From: an uncultured Alphaproteobacteria bacterium
GTDB lineage: Bacteria; Pseudomonadota; Alphaproteobacteria; Bin95
Length of the DNA: 64,000 nt
Assembly (NCBI GenBank): GCA_938083135.1
Contig: CALLKY010000066.1
Span: forward strand, 3,764 to 67,763
Direction: 5' to 3'
In this document: in pieces, positions 8,832 to 17,961 of the stretch
Position numbering within the stretch: the first letter of the stretch is position 1
Layout of the letters: each line of letters begins with the position of its first letter
Made by a program: the position numbers and the translations under genes
The notes under the pieces: generated by a model
Seen by the model: the letters and a program-made list of their open reading frames with translations, nothing else
What the model was told of the DNA's origin: nothing
Database searches by the model: none

Positions 8832-9670
8832 GGCGGCGGCGCAAAGACTGGCAGCGGCGCAGAATATTCAAGCGCAATACCATCAGACCGCTGCAATGCG
8901 CCCGTACCTTCAGATGGCCGCGTGTTGAGTTGGGCGTCCTGCTGCGGCTGGCGCGGCCGAATAGGCATTGCTGTCGCCGTTTGTTCAATCGGCGCAGGCT
9001 CCCGAATATCAGCGACGAAATCACCACTTGGCGCGAAGCCCGTTAGGACACGACTACCAATGGGCTTATCGCCATAACGGTATTCCAGCCGCACATAATT
9101 GCGGACCTCTGGCGCATACCACCAGCGTTCAAAACCCGTCCAGCCGGTTTCAGGATTGCGGGTGCGCATGACGATGACATAGCAGTCAAAGTCACCCGCA
9201 GGCACGCTGATGCGTTCCTTGCTCTCAACGACCCAAGATGTCGAATGCACACGGGTTTTACCATTGGCGGTGAATTCCCGCGTGAACACCAGCGGCGCGC
9301 CAGAATTCAGCGTTGCCGCCGCGCTGACCGGGATCGACCGATACACCACAGACCGCACTGTCGTAGCCGATTGCGCATCCTGACGGAGGAAGCCTTTGCG
9401 GCTGAACCATTGCTCTGGTTCATCCGTCCGCCGGAACGACGTAACGCCGCCATCCGCCTGCGCCACTGCAAGGCCGTAGCCGTCACTATAGGTCCAGGTG
9501 TCGCCGACCTGCCAGACAGGGGCGGCGACTGTCAGCACTTCAGAAGATTGCGCCGCCGGGCGCGCGTCACTTGCACTTGGCCCCTCCTTCAGGGCAACGC
9601 AGCCGCTTAGCCCAATCGCAGCAACAAGTGCCGCGGCGGATACAGTCCAACTTAACTTCCCGCGAGCCAT
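8825..9670 (-). CDS. lipoprotein with DUF3108/TapB-like beta-rich domain
   Basis: Lipobox LSGC; PVWQVGDTWTY, ERISVPAGDFDC, WWYAPEV motifs. Confidence 0.7.
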   Translation of the reverse strand: MARGKLSWTVSAAALVAAIGLSGCVALKEGPSASDARPAAQSSEVLTVAAPVWQVGDTWTYSDGYGLAVAQADGGVTSFRRTDEPEQWFSRKGFLRQDAQSATTVRSVVYRSIPVSAAATLNSGAPLVFTREFTANGKTRVHSTSWVVESKERISVPAGDFDCYVIVMRTRNPETGWTGFERWWYAPEVRNYVRLEYRYGDKPIGSRVLTGFAPSGDFVADIREPAPIEQTATAMPIRPRQPQQDAQLNTRPSEGTGALQRSDGIALEYSAPLPVFAPPPQ

Positions 9671-10071
9671 TTGCCCTCCGATACTGATCCTTTGAGATCA
9701 ATCTGGCGCTCATAAATCATGGCCGGCAGCCAAAAACTGCTTACGGCTTTAGAGGATGTCATGGCGCGCACTTGCAGGCGGCCCTCATCCAGAATGCGGG
9801 CTTGCATGGTGATCCGATTATCTTGGGCTGCCGCCGAAACTTCAGACGGGCTGAATGCCTCGTGCCGTACCAGTTCCGCCCGCTGCGAGGAGATCGCGGT
9901 ATCAACAGCAGACATTACATCTTTGCGAAATTCAGCCACGTAGAAATGCTCGTGCGCAAGCGGGCCAGCAAACGCCAGCACGAGCAGGCCAAGGCCAATT
10001 GCCCATCCGCTTGCCCGCGCTGTTTCCTTCAGCATCGCCAGTTGGAAGGCGGTTTTGCTGCTCCCCGCCAT
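9652..10071 (-). CDS. single-TM hypothetical protein, possibly a degenerate pilin
   Basis: Start overlaps the secretin stop; one hydrophobic segment followed by Pro and a long amphipathic helix. Confidence 0.6.
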   Translation of the reverse strand: MAGSSKTAFQLAMLKETARASGWAIGLGLLVLAFAGPLAHEHFYVAEFRKDVMSAVDTAISSQRAELVRHEAFSPSEVSAAAQDNRITMQARILDEGRLQVRAMTSSKAVSSFWLPAMIYERQIDLKGSVSEGKWLAGS

Positions 10072-12005
10072 TAGGATTCGTCCTCTTCCAACTCAGAGAG
10101 GAGGCGAAACGGTCGGCTGGTGGTCCGCACTTCAGCGTCTGGATTAGCCAGCATGCTTTCGCTCGCCCGGTCCAGAGTGCGCCTGCGCGACGCCACATAA
10201 TCTGGCGTGCCAAGGCGGGTCGCGATATCGCTGCCGAATGGGCCAGCTCCTTCAACAATGCGCGGCGTAATGAAGAAAATTGTTTCAGACAACGCGCTGC
10301 TGGCGGTGTTTTCTTTGAACAGACGCCCAAGCACCGGCACGTCTTTCAGGCCCGGCACGCCAGATTCCCGCTCGCGTCGTTCATCATCGAACAGGCCGCC
10401 AATAATGTATGTGCCGCCATTCGGCACCAGCACTTCGGTTTGAACCTCCTGGGAGCGCACGTCGATCTGTCCGAACACACCCGCGCCCGGTGCCGAATTG
10501 ATGGCATTCAAGTTCAAACGGATCAGATTTCCCTCACCAAGGGCAATCGCGGGGACGATAGACGGCGTGATCTCAAGCGTTAGCCCAGTTTCAATCTGCT
10601 CCAAGCTTTGGCCCTGGTCGCCGCCAGCATCCACCTGCACGAAAACATCCTGGGATCGTGTGATCCGGGCCGTGCGGTTATCCAATGTCACCAGGCGCGG
10701 GGCCGAGAGCACCTGCGCTTTGTTTTCTTCCGCCAGCGCCTTCAATTGCACCTGCAGAATGCTTGATGCACCGCGCACAACGAAGGCCGCAATCGTGCTG
10801 GATGCACCAACTGCGGGAAGCAGAGACAGGGCGTTCAAGCCATCGGAATCAAATAGATTGGCCGCGTCATTACCGACCTGCCCACCGCTGCTACCAGTAT
10901 CCCCGGCAGCGCTGCCATTGGCATTACCGCGCTGGGTCGCGGAACCCCTGAGCGCTACACCCAATTCCTCTGCCACGCCAAGGCTGGCCGTCGCGATAAT
11001 CACCTCAATCTCAATCATCTTCAGCGGCTGATCGAGTTCGCGGATAACCTGGGCAATCGTGGCCACGTCGCCCGGGCTGCCGCGCACGATGACGGAATTG
11101 GTGCGGCGATCAATCGAAATACGGGGACGGGCCAATTGTGAGACCCGGCGTTCGAATGCAGCGTCGGTTTCACCAGAACGTGCAGCAGCTGAATCCCCGT
11201 CGCCACCAATGTTCAGGTCGCCAATGATCGCTTTCAGCGTATCGGAGATGCCCGGCACTGTGACGGACCGGCCATGAAACTGCCGCGTCGTTTCACCCAC
11301 ACTGGCAAATCGCAGCGGGATCACGCGGACTTTGGCGTTGGCGATCTCAGCATAGGTATCCGCTTCCAACTGGTCGCGACGCGCCGCCTGCTGTTGCTTG
11401 ATCGCTGCCTGATCCGTCTCGATACGAAGGGATGCCGCTGTTTCGACCTGATTGATCAGAGCGGTGATTTCCTTCACCCGGTCGGACCGGCCCTTAAGGG
11501 AAACGGTATTCGTCGCGGCATCAAACGCGACGCCTTCCAGACCAAGCCCAAACCGGACCAGCATTTCTCTCAGCGCCGGATAGCGGGTATGCGTCAGCGC
11601 GATAAAAACCCGCTCCGGCGGATCGAAATTCACGGCGGCGTCTTTGTAGACAGTAACCGTGCGGGTATCCGCATTATATTCATATGCCAGCCCGCGCTCA
11701 GTCATGAGCTGCTCAAACGCCTGGCCCGGGCGCACTTTATCGAACCGGAGCGAAATTGGCCCTTCAACCCCAGGCCGGAAAATCGCCGAAAGCCCGTTGG
11801 CCCGCAGCAAAGAGCGCAGGATAGATCGCACGTCGTCATCAACCGAAGTACGGCTAAAACGGACATCTGGGCGCCACGGGATTGTGTCTGCAAAAGCGGG
11901 TGCAGACAGGCCCAATAACGCGATGGCCACGATGAGCTGCGCACATTTTCGCCGCAATCTCCATGCAACGATCCGCGCCAGCGTGTGTTTAAGGTCTAAC
12001 AACAT
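10071..12005 (-). CDS. outer-membrane secretin with T3SS SctC (YscC/HrcC/EscC)-like N-terminal architecture
   Basis: Signal peptide AFA|DTIPW; N0-N1-N3-like layout; VIPLRFASVGETTRQFHGRSVTVPGISDTL; secretin core VLSAPRLVTLDNRTA, TGLTLEITP, IIGGLF, GVPGLKDVPVLGRLFK, FFITPRIV. Confidence 0.92.
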   Translation of the reverse strand: MLLDLKHTLARIVAWRLRRKCAQLIVAIALLGLSAPAFADTIPWRPDVRFSRTSVDDDVRSILRSLLRANGLSAIFRPGVEGPISLRFDKVRPGQAFEQLMTERGLAYEYNADTRTVTVYKDAAVNFDPPERVFIALTHTRYPALREMLVRFGLGLEGVAFDAATNTVSLKGRSDRVKEITALINQVETAASLRIETDQAAIKQQQAARRDQLEADTYAEIANAKVRVIPLRFASVGETTRQFHGRSVTVPGISDTLKAIIGDLNIGGDGDSAAARSGETDAAFERRVSQLARPRISIDRRTNSVIVRGSPGDVATIAQVIRELDQPLKMIEIEVIIATASLGVAEELGVALRGSATQRGNANGSAAGDTGSSGGQVGNDAANLFDSDGLNALSLLPAVGASSTIAAFVVRGASSILQVQLKALAEENKAQVLSAPRLVTLDNRTARITRSQDVFVQVDAGGDQGQSLEQIETGLTLEITPSIVPAIALGEGNLIRLNLNAINSAPGAGVFGQIDVRSQEVQTEVLVPNGGTYIIGGLFDDERRERESGVPGLKDVPVLGRLFKENTASSALSETIFFITPRIVEGAGPFGSDIATRLGTPDYVASRRRTLDRASESMLANPDAEVRTTSRPFRLLSELEEDES

Positions 12006-12029
12006 AGGCTGGATAGAACGCCTGCCGTG

Positions 12030-12045
12030 GTTAACGTCGCCCTAA
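12030..12045 (-). promoter_or_regulatory. CtrA-box-like site upstream of the secretin
   Basis: Minus strand TTAG-GGCGACG-TTAAC, one mismatch to TTAA-N7-TTAAC, about 25 bp upstream of the secretin ATG. Confidence 0.5.
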
Positions 12046-12153
12046 GCGGGACGCGCGAATTACCAACAGGCAACGGTTTGCGCCCTGATCCAAGGGCGCC
12101 TATATCGGACTGCACATTCGGCCCCGCTTGCGGGTCCATTAGGGAGAGAATTG

Positions 12154-12843
12154 ATGTTTAAGCGCACACTTGCCATGGCTTTGGCCGGAATGGCGTTCGC
12201 AGCGGCAGGCGTCGTCGCACCGCACGCGAAAGCAGACTATGCCGAAGCGAAAGACATCGTTGATAGCAGCACAATCACAATTCAGCGGCTGATCCGCAGC
12301 CCTGAGACACCGCAGGTCAAATCTTTGCTGGCGCGCGCTAAGGGTGTCCTGATTTTTCCGCAAATTCTAAAAGGTGCGTTCTTCATTGGCGGTGAAGGCG
12401 GGTCGGGCGTGATGATGTCCAAATACGCGAATGGCGCATGGAGCTATCCTGCCTTCTACACCATGGGCTCCGTCAGCTTCGGTCTGCAGATCGGCGGGCA
12501 ATCTTCTGAAGCCGTGCTGCTGATCATGACCCAACGTGGCCTGGATTCCATCATCAATGACCAGGTGAAGTTGGGCGCGGATATCAGCGCTGCGGCTGGC
12601 CCCGTCGGCATCGGTACAGAGGCCTCCACCACCACAGCGACCGGTGCGGATATCTACGTATATTCGCTCAACAAAGGCCTGTTCATTGGCGCAGCGCTTG
12701 AAGGTGCTGTGATCGCTAAGCGCAAGGATTGGAACCAAGTTTTCTATAAGGGAGACTATACACCAACCCAGATCGTGCGTGAGAACCGGGCTTCAAACCC
12801 TGATGCAGATACCCTTCGCGCTGCCGTTGAAGCGGGCGCGTAA
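12154..12843 (+). CDS. exported Ysc84/SYLF (DUF500) lipid-binding domain protein
   Basis: Signal peptide; AKGVLIFP..KGAFFIGGEGGSGV, GSVSFGLQIGGQ, KGLFIGAALEG. Confidence 0.88.
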   Translation: MFKRTLAMALAGMAFAAAGVVAPHAKADYAEAKDIVDSSTITIQRLIRSPETPQVKSLLARAKGVLIFPQILKGAFFIGGEGGSGVMMSKYANGAWSYPAFYTMGSVSFGLQIGGQSSEAVLLIMTQRGLDSIINDQVKLGADISAAAGPVGIGTEASTTTATGADIYVYSLNKGLFIGAALEGAVIAKRKDWNQVFYKGDYTPTQIVRENRASNPDADTLRAAVEAGA

Positions 12844-12845
12844 GT

Positions 12846-14894
12846 CTAAAGCGACCGGGCTGCGGCGAGGGTCAGGTTGCCATACCGGTCCACCGTCGCA
12901 GCCCACCTTGGCGGCAGCACCGTCGTTGATGTCTTTTCGGTTATGATGGCGGGGCCCTGAAGGGTATCCCCAGGCTGCAAGCCTTGGCGGTCAAACCGCA
13001 TAGTTTCAATAGCCCCACCTTCTGTGAAATACACTTTACTAGTGCCTGTATGCGCACGCTCATCCACAGGCAGATCGCTCTGCACCTCTATCTGAACCGG
13101 ACTTGATTTAACCCCATCGACCGTTGCGATGAGGCGACAGTTGACGATTTCCACCGCGCGCTCGCGAATGTCATAACCATGCTCCATGGCATGCGCTGTG
13201 TGGAACCGCTCAATAAAATCATCAAGCGACAAACCCTCCTCCACATCGACAGCGGCCTCGAAGCTCTGGCCTTGATAGCGCGCTTCAACGATACGGCGAC
13301 GGAGGCGGCAAGTTGGGTCCGGCGTTTCCGACGTAAGCCACGGGTCAGCGTCTGCTGTCATCGCCACAAACGCTTTGTCCGCAGCGTCCCATCCAGCCCC
13401 ATCTGCCGGTGCCAGCACCGTGCGCACGAAATCCATGGCGGGATCAGACATAAGAATGCCGCGCGCACAGAGCGTGCCCGGTGCCAGCGGTATAATAACG
13501 GCAGGGCAGCCTGCTTCCGCAGCCACATCAGCCGCCACCAGCGGCCCTGCACCGCCATAGGCGATTAAGGCCATTTCGCCCAGGTCATAGCCGCGCTCAC
13601 TCGTTGCAGCCCGAATAGCCCGGGCGATATTGGCAACCGCCACGCGCAGCACGCCTGCGGCTGCCGCCTCAACGCCAAGGCCAAGCGGTGCCGCCACTTG
13701 CCCCTGAATAACTGCCCGCGCTGCCGTTGCATCCAGCCCCTGCGCACCTTCCACAAGTCCAGCCGCTGCACTGAGCCTTCCCAGCGCCAAGTTCGCATCT
13801 GTCAGTGTCGCTCGCTTGCCGCCCAGGCCGTACGCGGCAGGGCCAGGGTCTGCGCCCGCGCTCTCTGGGCCGACTTTCAATCCACCTGCCGTATCCACCG
13901 TCGCGATTGACCCACCGCCTGCGCCGATCACGGTAATATCGAGACTGGCTGCACGGACTGGATAACCCGCAACATCCCGTTCTGCCGTGACACGTGCGGC
14001 ACCTTCCGCGATCAAGGCGATATCGGTTGAAGTGCCGCCAACATCGAATGCGGCAACATTGGGATATCCAGCCGCTGACGCAATCGCGGCAGCCGCCGCT
14101 ACTCCAGCCGCTGGGCCAGATAAGCATGTGCGGACAGGTTCAGCAGCCGCTGTATCTAGCGTCATCAACCCGCCGCCGGAATGCACCATATAAGGCGGCG
14201 GCTGGATGCCAATGTCGGCCACACGCCGCTGCACCTCACCCAGATATTTCGCCATGCGTGGGCCAACGAACGCATTCAGGACGGTTGTTGAGGTACGCTC
14301 AAACTCACGGAATTCTGGCGAAACTTCGTGGGAGCAGGTTATGTACGCATCCGGCAGCAATCCTCGCACAATCGCCGCTGCTTGCTTTTCATGAGCCGCA
14401 TTCCGGTAGCTGTGGAGGAAGACAATTGCGACAGCCTCAACGCCATCAGCCGCAAGCGTAATTCCAGCGGCATTCACAGACAGCGCATCAAGCGGCGTCA
14501 GCACCGCCCCTGTTTGATCTAACCGCTCCGGGACTTCAAACCGGCGACGGCGCGGGGCGAGGGGCGGCGGGCGGGTTTCGCGGTAATCATAGAGATTCGG
14601 CCTGGTCTGGCGGGCGATCTCCAGCACATCGCGAAAGCCCTGGGTCGTGATAAGGCCAGTGCGCGCGCCCTTCCGCTCAATCGCCATATTGGTTGCGACT
14701 GTGGCCCCATGACCAATCCAATCCACCTGGCTCGGTTCCACGTCCGCCAATGCAAGTAATTCGCGCAGACCTGTCTCAATCGCTTCCGACGGATCGGCGG
14801 GCGTTGAAGGCGTCTTGTGATGCACCGCACGCGCGCCCTGCAACAGAGTGAGGTCCGTAAACGTGCCGCCAACATCAATACCGATTCTGATCAT
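12846..14894 (-). CDS. hydantoinase/oxoprolinase A subunit (ATP-dependent, HyuA-like)
   Basis: IGIDVGGTFTD, LSGPAAG, FDVGGTSTDI, GAGGGSIA, SAGADPGPAAYG. Confidence 0.92.
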   Translation of the reverse strand: MIRIGIDVGGTFTDLTLLQGARAVHHKTPSTPADPSEAIETGLRELLALADVEPSQVDWIGHGATVATNMAIERKGARTGLITTQGFRDVLEIARQTRPNLYDYRETRPPPLAPRRRRFEVPERLDQTGAVLTPLDALSVNAAGITLAADGVEAVAIVFLHSYRNAAHEKQAAAIVRGLLPDAYITCSHEVSPEFREFERTSTTVLNAFVGPRMAKYLGEVQRRVADIGIQPPPYMVHSGGGLMTLDTAAAEPVRTCLSGPAAGVAAAAAIASAAGYPNVAAFDVGGTSTDIALIAEGAARVTAERDVAGYPVRAASLDITVIGAGGGSIATVDTAGGLKVGPESAGADPGPAAYGLGGKRATLTDANLALGRLSAAAGLVEGAQGLDATAARAVIQGQVAAPLGLGVEAAAAGVLRVAVANIARAIRAATSERGYDLGEMALIAYGGAGPLVAADVAAEAGCPAVIIPLAPGTLCARGILMSDPAMDFVRTVLAPADGAGWDAADKAFVAMTADADPWLTSETPDPTCRLRRRIVEARYQGQSFEAAVDVEEGLSLDDFIERFHTAHAMEHGYDIRERAVEIVNCRLIATVDGVKSSPVQIEVQSDLPVDERAHTGTSKVYFTEGGAIETMRFDRQGLQPGDTLQGPAIITEKTSTTVLPPRWAATVDRYGNLTLAAARSL

Positions 14895-15009
14895 ACGCGC
14901 CCCACGATCTCGCCATGATCTAAGCCTATCGCAATGGACCAAAGGGCGGAATGGCACCTAATTTTGCGGCTAATCCGTTTGTCCATTCGCATTCCTGAAA
15001 TCCGTAGGT

Positions 15010-16350
15010 ATGGTGGCGACCATGAGTAAGAATTCTATCCAAACGGCCATCGCGGAAGCGGATGGGCTGATTAAAGCTGGGCGTCATAGGCAAGCGGATA
15101 TGCTGCTGTCCTCCGCCATCATGACCGCCTCGAACGCCCCGGCCCTTCGGCGGCGGCTTGGAATCTTGCGTGCACAGCAGATGGATTATCCAGGCGCACG
15201 GCGAGAGCTCGAGGCCGCAGCGTCATTGGCACCGAACAATGCATCCGTCCTACAGCCGCTCGCATTCGTTTACGATCGCATGGACCTGCCCGTGCTAGCG
15301 CGGGCCGCAGCGGAAAGACTGCTGGAAGTCGCCCCTGATAATTCCGCAGCGTTCAGCTTGCTCGCAGGCATGGCGAAGCCGGGTGAAGATCATTCGACTA
15401 TGCTCGACGGCATCACACGCGCCATCTCGCGCACAGAAACGCGAGCTAATGATAAAGCCCGCTTAGGATTCGCAGGCGGACGTTTGGCCCACCTAGCTGG
15501 TGATCCGGCCCGCGCATTCGCATTTTTCGAATCCGCGAACCAAGCCCATACCGCCCAGGATGATGCCGCAGGACGTGCAGCCCTTGCCAATCGCTTGATC
15601 AACGCGTTCAGCAAAGTCAGCTGGCCAGACTTTCAGCCCCGCGCCCAGCTCATCCTGCTGACAGGCGCTCCCGGCTCTGGCTAGGCATTCCTGGCGGACG
15701 TTGTTGCCAGCCATCCTGATGCAGTCTTGGCGACAGATATTGGCCCGCTGGCCGAGGCCGTCGTTGGCCTGAAAGACCGCTCCGGGTCTTCGGATTCGTT
15801 CCCAGAATGCGTCGCCGCTGCATCAGCAGAGGTTTGGCAGGCAGCATCAGATGCGATGTTTGCGGACCTCATGGCGGACTATGGCGAGGCGAAAGTCTAC
15901 GTTATGAGCGCCCCCGCAGCCTTCCTGCAAGCCGGTGCTGCTGCTGCACTGGCACCTGGTGCGGTCATCGCAGAATTGCGCCGCACACCAATGGCCTATG
16001 CGCTTTCAGGCTTTATGCGGCATGAGGGGGCCAACGCCGCCTACAGCTATTCAGCAGAAGGACTTGGCCGCCTGTTCCGAACCACAGAGGCGCTCAGCGC
16101 ATTTTGGGACGGTGCCTTGCCACATGCGCCGATCACTGTGACGGATAGTGAACTCATCCATGCGCCAGAAGCAGCGGCGGCTAGAGTTTTGGCGGCGGGT
16201 GGCTTGGCCATCGATTCTGATTGTGAAGCGCAGATTGAGGCCGTAGCGCCTGCCGCGCGCTTCGCGGATGACATCGGTTTGGATGGATGGCGGGCTTACG
16301 CCCCGCATTTAGGCGTATTTCGGGATGCGCTTTGGCCCCAAACGCCATAA
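15010..16350 (+). pseudogene. TPR + sulfotransferase-like gene interrupted by one in-frame TAG (15682-15684)
   Basis: ORFs 15010-15684 and 15727-16350 share a frame; reading through gives LTGAPGSG*AFLADVVASHPD, matching the sulfotransferase GxPRSGTT..QILASHP motif; TPR-like helices N-terminally. Confidence 0.7.
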
Positions 16351-16459
16351 ATTTCTTCATCTAATGAGGAAACTGGCTATTTCGGCGCTGAAAAGCCATA
16401 TTCCTGCCATGAGAAATGATAATTATAGCCTCAACAACTTAGTCCTAGGAGCGAACGCG

Positions 16460-16651
16460 ATGCACCGATGCGCGCTTTTGTTTGTGGGGCTGGCGGTCTT
16501 GGCTGTCTCTGGCTGTGAACCCACAGTGAAATTATCAGCCCCGGATAAGCCGATCGTTATCAATCTGAATGTCAAGATTGAGCGTGAGGTTCGGGTTAAG
16601 GTCGAGCGCGAGATCGATGACGTGATTCGCGAGAATAAGGAGATATTCTAA
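16460..16651 (+). CDS. ynbE: YnbE-family lipoprotein
   Basis: Lipobox VSGC then PTVKLSAPDKPIVINLNVKIEREVRVKVE; AGGAG RBS. Confidence 0.88.
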   Translation: MHRCALLFVGLAVLAVSGCEPTVKLSAPDKPIVINLNVKIEREVRVKVEREIDDVIRENKEIF

Positions 16652-17004
16652 TGCTCCGCATGCGGTTTTCCCTTGCGGCCCTGGCCGCAGTATTCCTAGC
16701 AGCGGCCCTGGCGTTTTCATCGCCGAGCCCGGCTGTCGCCATTGATTTGCAATCAGCACGCTCTGGCGGTTTAGTTGGCGAAACCTTGTCCGGCTATGTG
16801 GCCCCTGTCACAAGCCCATCAGGCGAGGTGTCCAAACTCGTGGCCGATGTGAACGCGGCCAGGCGCGCTGAATATATCAAGCTCGCCAAGCGGAATAATG
16901 TGCGCGTCGAGGAAGTCGCCGCATTAACCGCGCAGCGCATCATTGATTCGCTCCCAGGCGGTGCCTATTTCCAAGCGACAAGCGGCGGATGGCGGCGTAA
17001 GTAA
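16651..17004 (+). CDS. ydbL: YdbL (DUF1318) family periplasmic protein
   Basis: GLVGETLSGY, VNAARRAEY, C-terminal GGWRRK; coupled to ynbE. Confidence 0.85.
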   Translation: MLRMRFSLAALAAVFLAAALAFSSPSPAVAIDLQSARSGGLVGETLSGYVAPVTSPSGEVSKLVADVNAARRAEYIKLAKRNNVRVEEVAALTAQRIIDSLPGGAYFQATSGGWRRK

Positions 17005-17043
17005 CGGGCGGCGTAGAGCGCCTGTTACGGGGGGATTTCGAAT

Positions 17044-17961
17044 ATGCAGATGGATGCGCTGAACAGCGTGGACGATGTGCGTGCGCTGCTGGCCAGTGGC
17101 CGCTACGTCTCAGATGACAGCTTGGCGACGGCGCTCTACCTGTCGCTGAAGCTTGGTCGGCCATTATTTCTGGAAGGCGAAGCTGGCGTTGGCAAAACCG
17201 AGATTGCCAAAGTCCTTTCGGATACGCTTGGCCGCCGTTTAATCCGCCTCCAATGCTACGAAGGCCTCGATATCGCATCCGCTGTGTACGAGTGGAACTA
17301 TCAGCGCCAAATGATCGAAATTCGCGTGGCCGAGGCGGCTGGTGCCACAGACCGCGATACACTTGGCGGCGATATCTTCAACGAACGCTTCCTGATTGAG
17401 CGCCCGATTCTGCAGGCCATGCGCCCGCACCCCGAAGGTCCGCCAGTTCTGCTGATTGATGAACTTGATCGCGCTGATGAGCCATTTGAAGCCTTCCTGC
17501 TCGAAGCATTGTCTGAATTCCAGGTGACGGTGCCAGAGATCGGCCCGATTAAGGCCGCAGCACCGCCGCTGGTTATCATTACGTCCAACCGCACCCGTGA
17601 AATCCACGACGCCTTAAAGCGCCGCTGTTTCTACCATTGGGTAGATTTCCCAACCGCTGCCCGTGAACTGCAAATCCTGGCGCTAAAAGCGCCCGATGCG
17701 AATGAAGACCTATCCCGCCAAATCGTGACATTCGTGCATCGCCTGCGCGCCATGGATATGTTCAAGCAGCCGGGCGTCGCCGAAACCATCGATTGGGCAA
17801 ATGCGCTGATGCAGTTGAACGCCATCGCCCTTGAGGCGGATACCGTTTCAAACACGCTCGGCGTATTGCTGAAATATCAGGATGACATCCAGAAGCTCCA
17901 AGGTGGTGAGGCCAAGCGGATTCTGGATGAAGTGCGCCAGGAACTGGCGGCGGCTGACTAA
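17044..17961 (+). CDS. coxD: MoxR-type AAA+ ATPase (CoxD-like)
   Basis: GEAGVGKT, LIRLQCYEGLD, LLIDELDRAD, TSNRTRE. Confidence 0.9.
   Translation: MQMDALNSVDDVRALLASGRYVSDDSLATALYLSLKLGRPLFLEGEAGVGKTEIAKVLSDTLGRRLIRLQCYEGLDIASAVYEWNYQRQMIEIRVAEAAGATDRDTLGGDIFNERFLIERPILQAMRPHPEGPPVLLIDELDRADEPFEAFLLEALSEFQVTVPEIGPIKAAAPPLVIITSNRTREIHDALKRRCFYHWVDFPTAARELQILALKAPDANEDLSRQIVTFVHRLRAMDMFKQPGVAETIDWANALMQLNAIALEADTVSNTLGVLLKYQDDIQKLQGGEAKRILDEVRQELAAAD

Noticed and set aside
15682-15730. Pyrrolysine recoding at the in-frame TAG
   Set aside because: No pyl genes in the window, not a known Pyl protein family, and only a weak hairpin downstream.
16412-16430. Fur-box-like AATGATAATTAT upstream of ynbE
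   Set aside because: Only about 12 of 19 matches, a poor palindrome, and no iron-related downstream gene.
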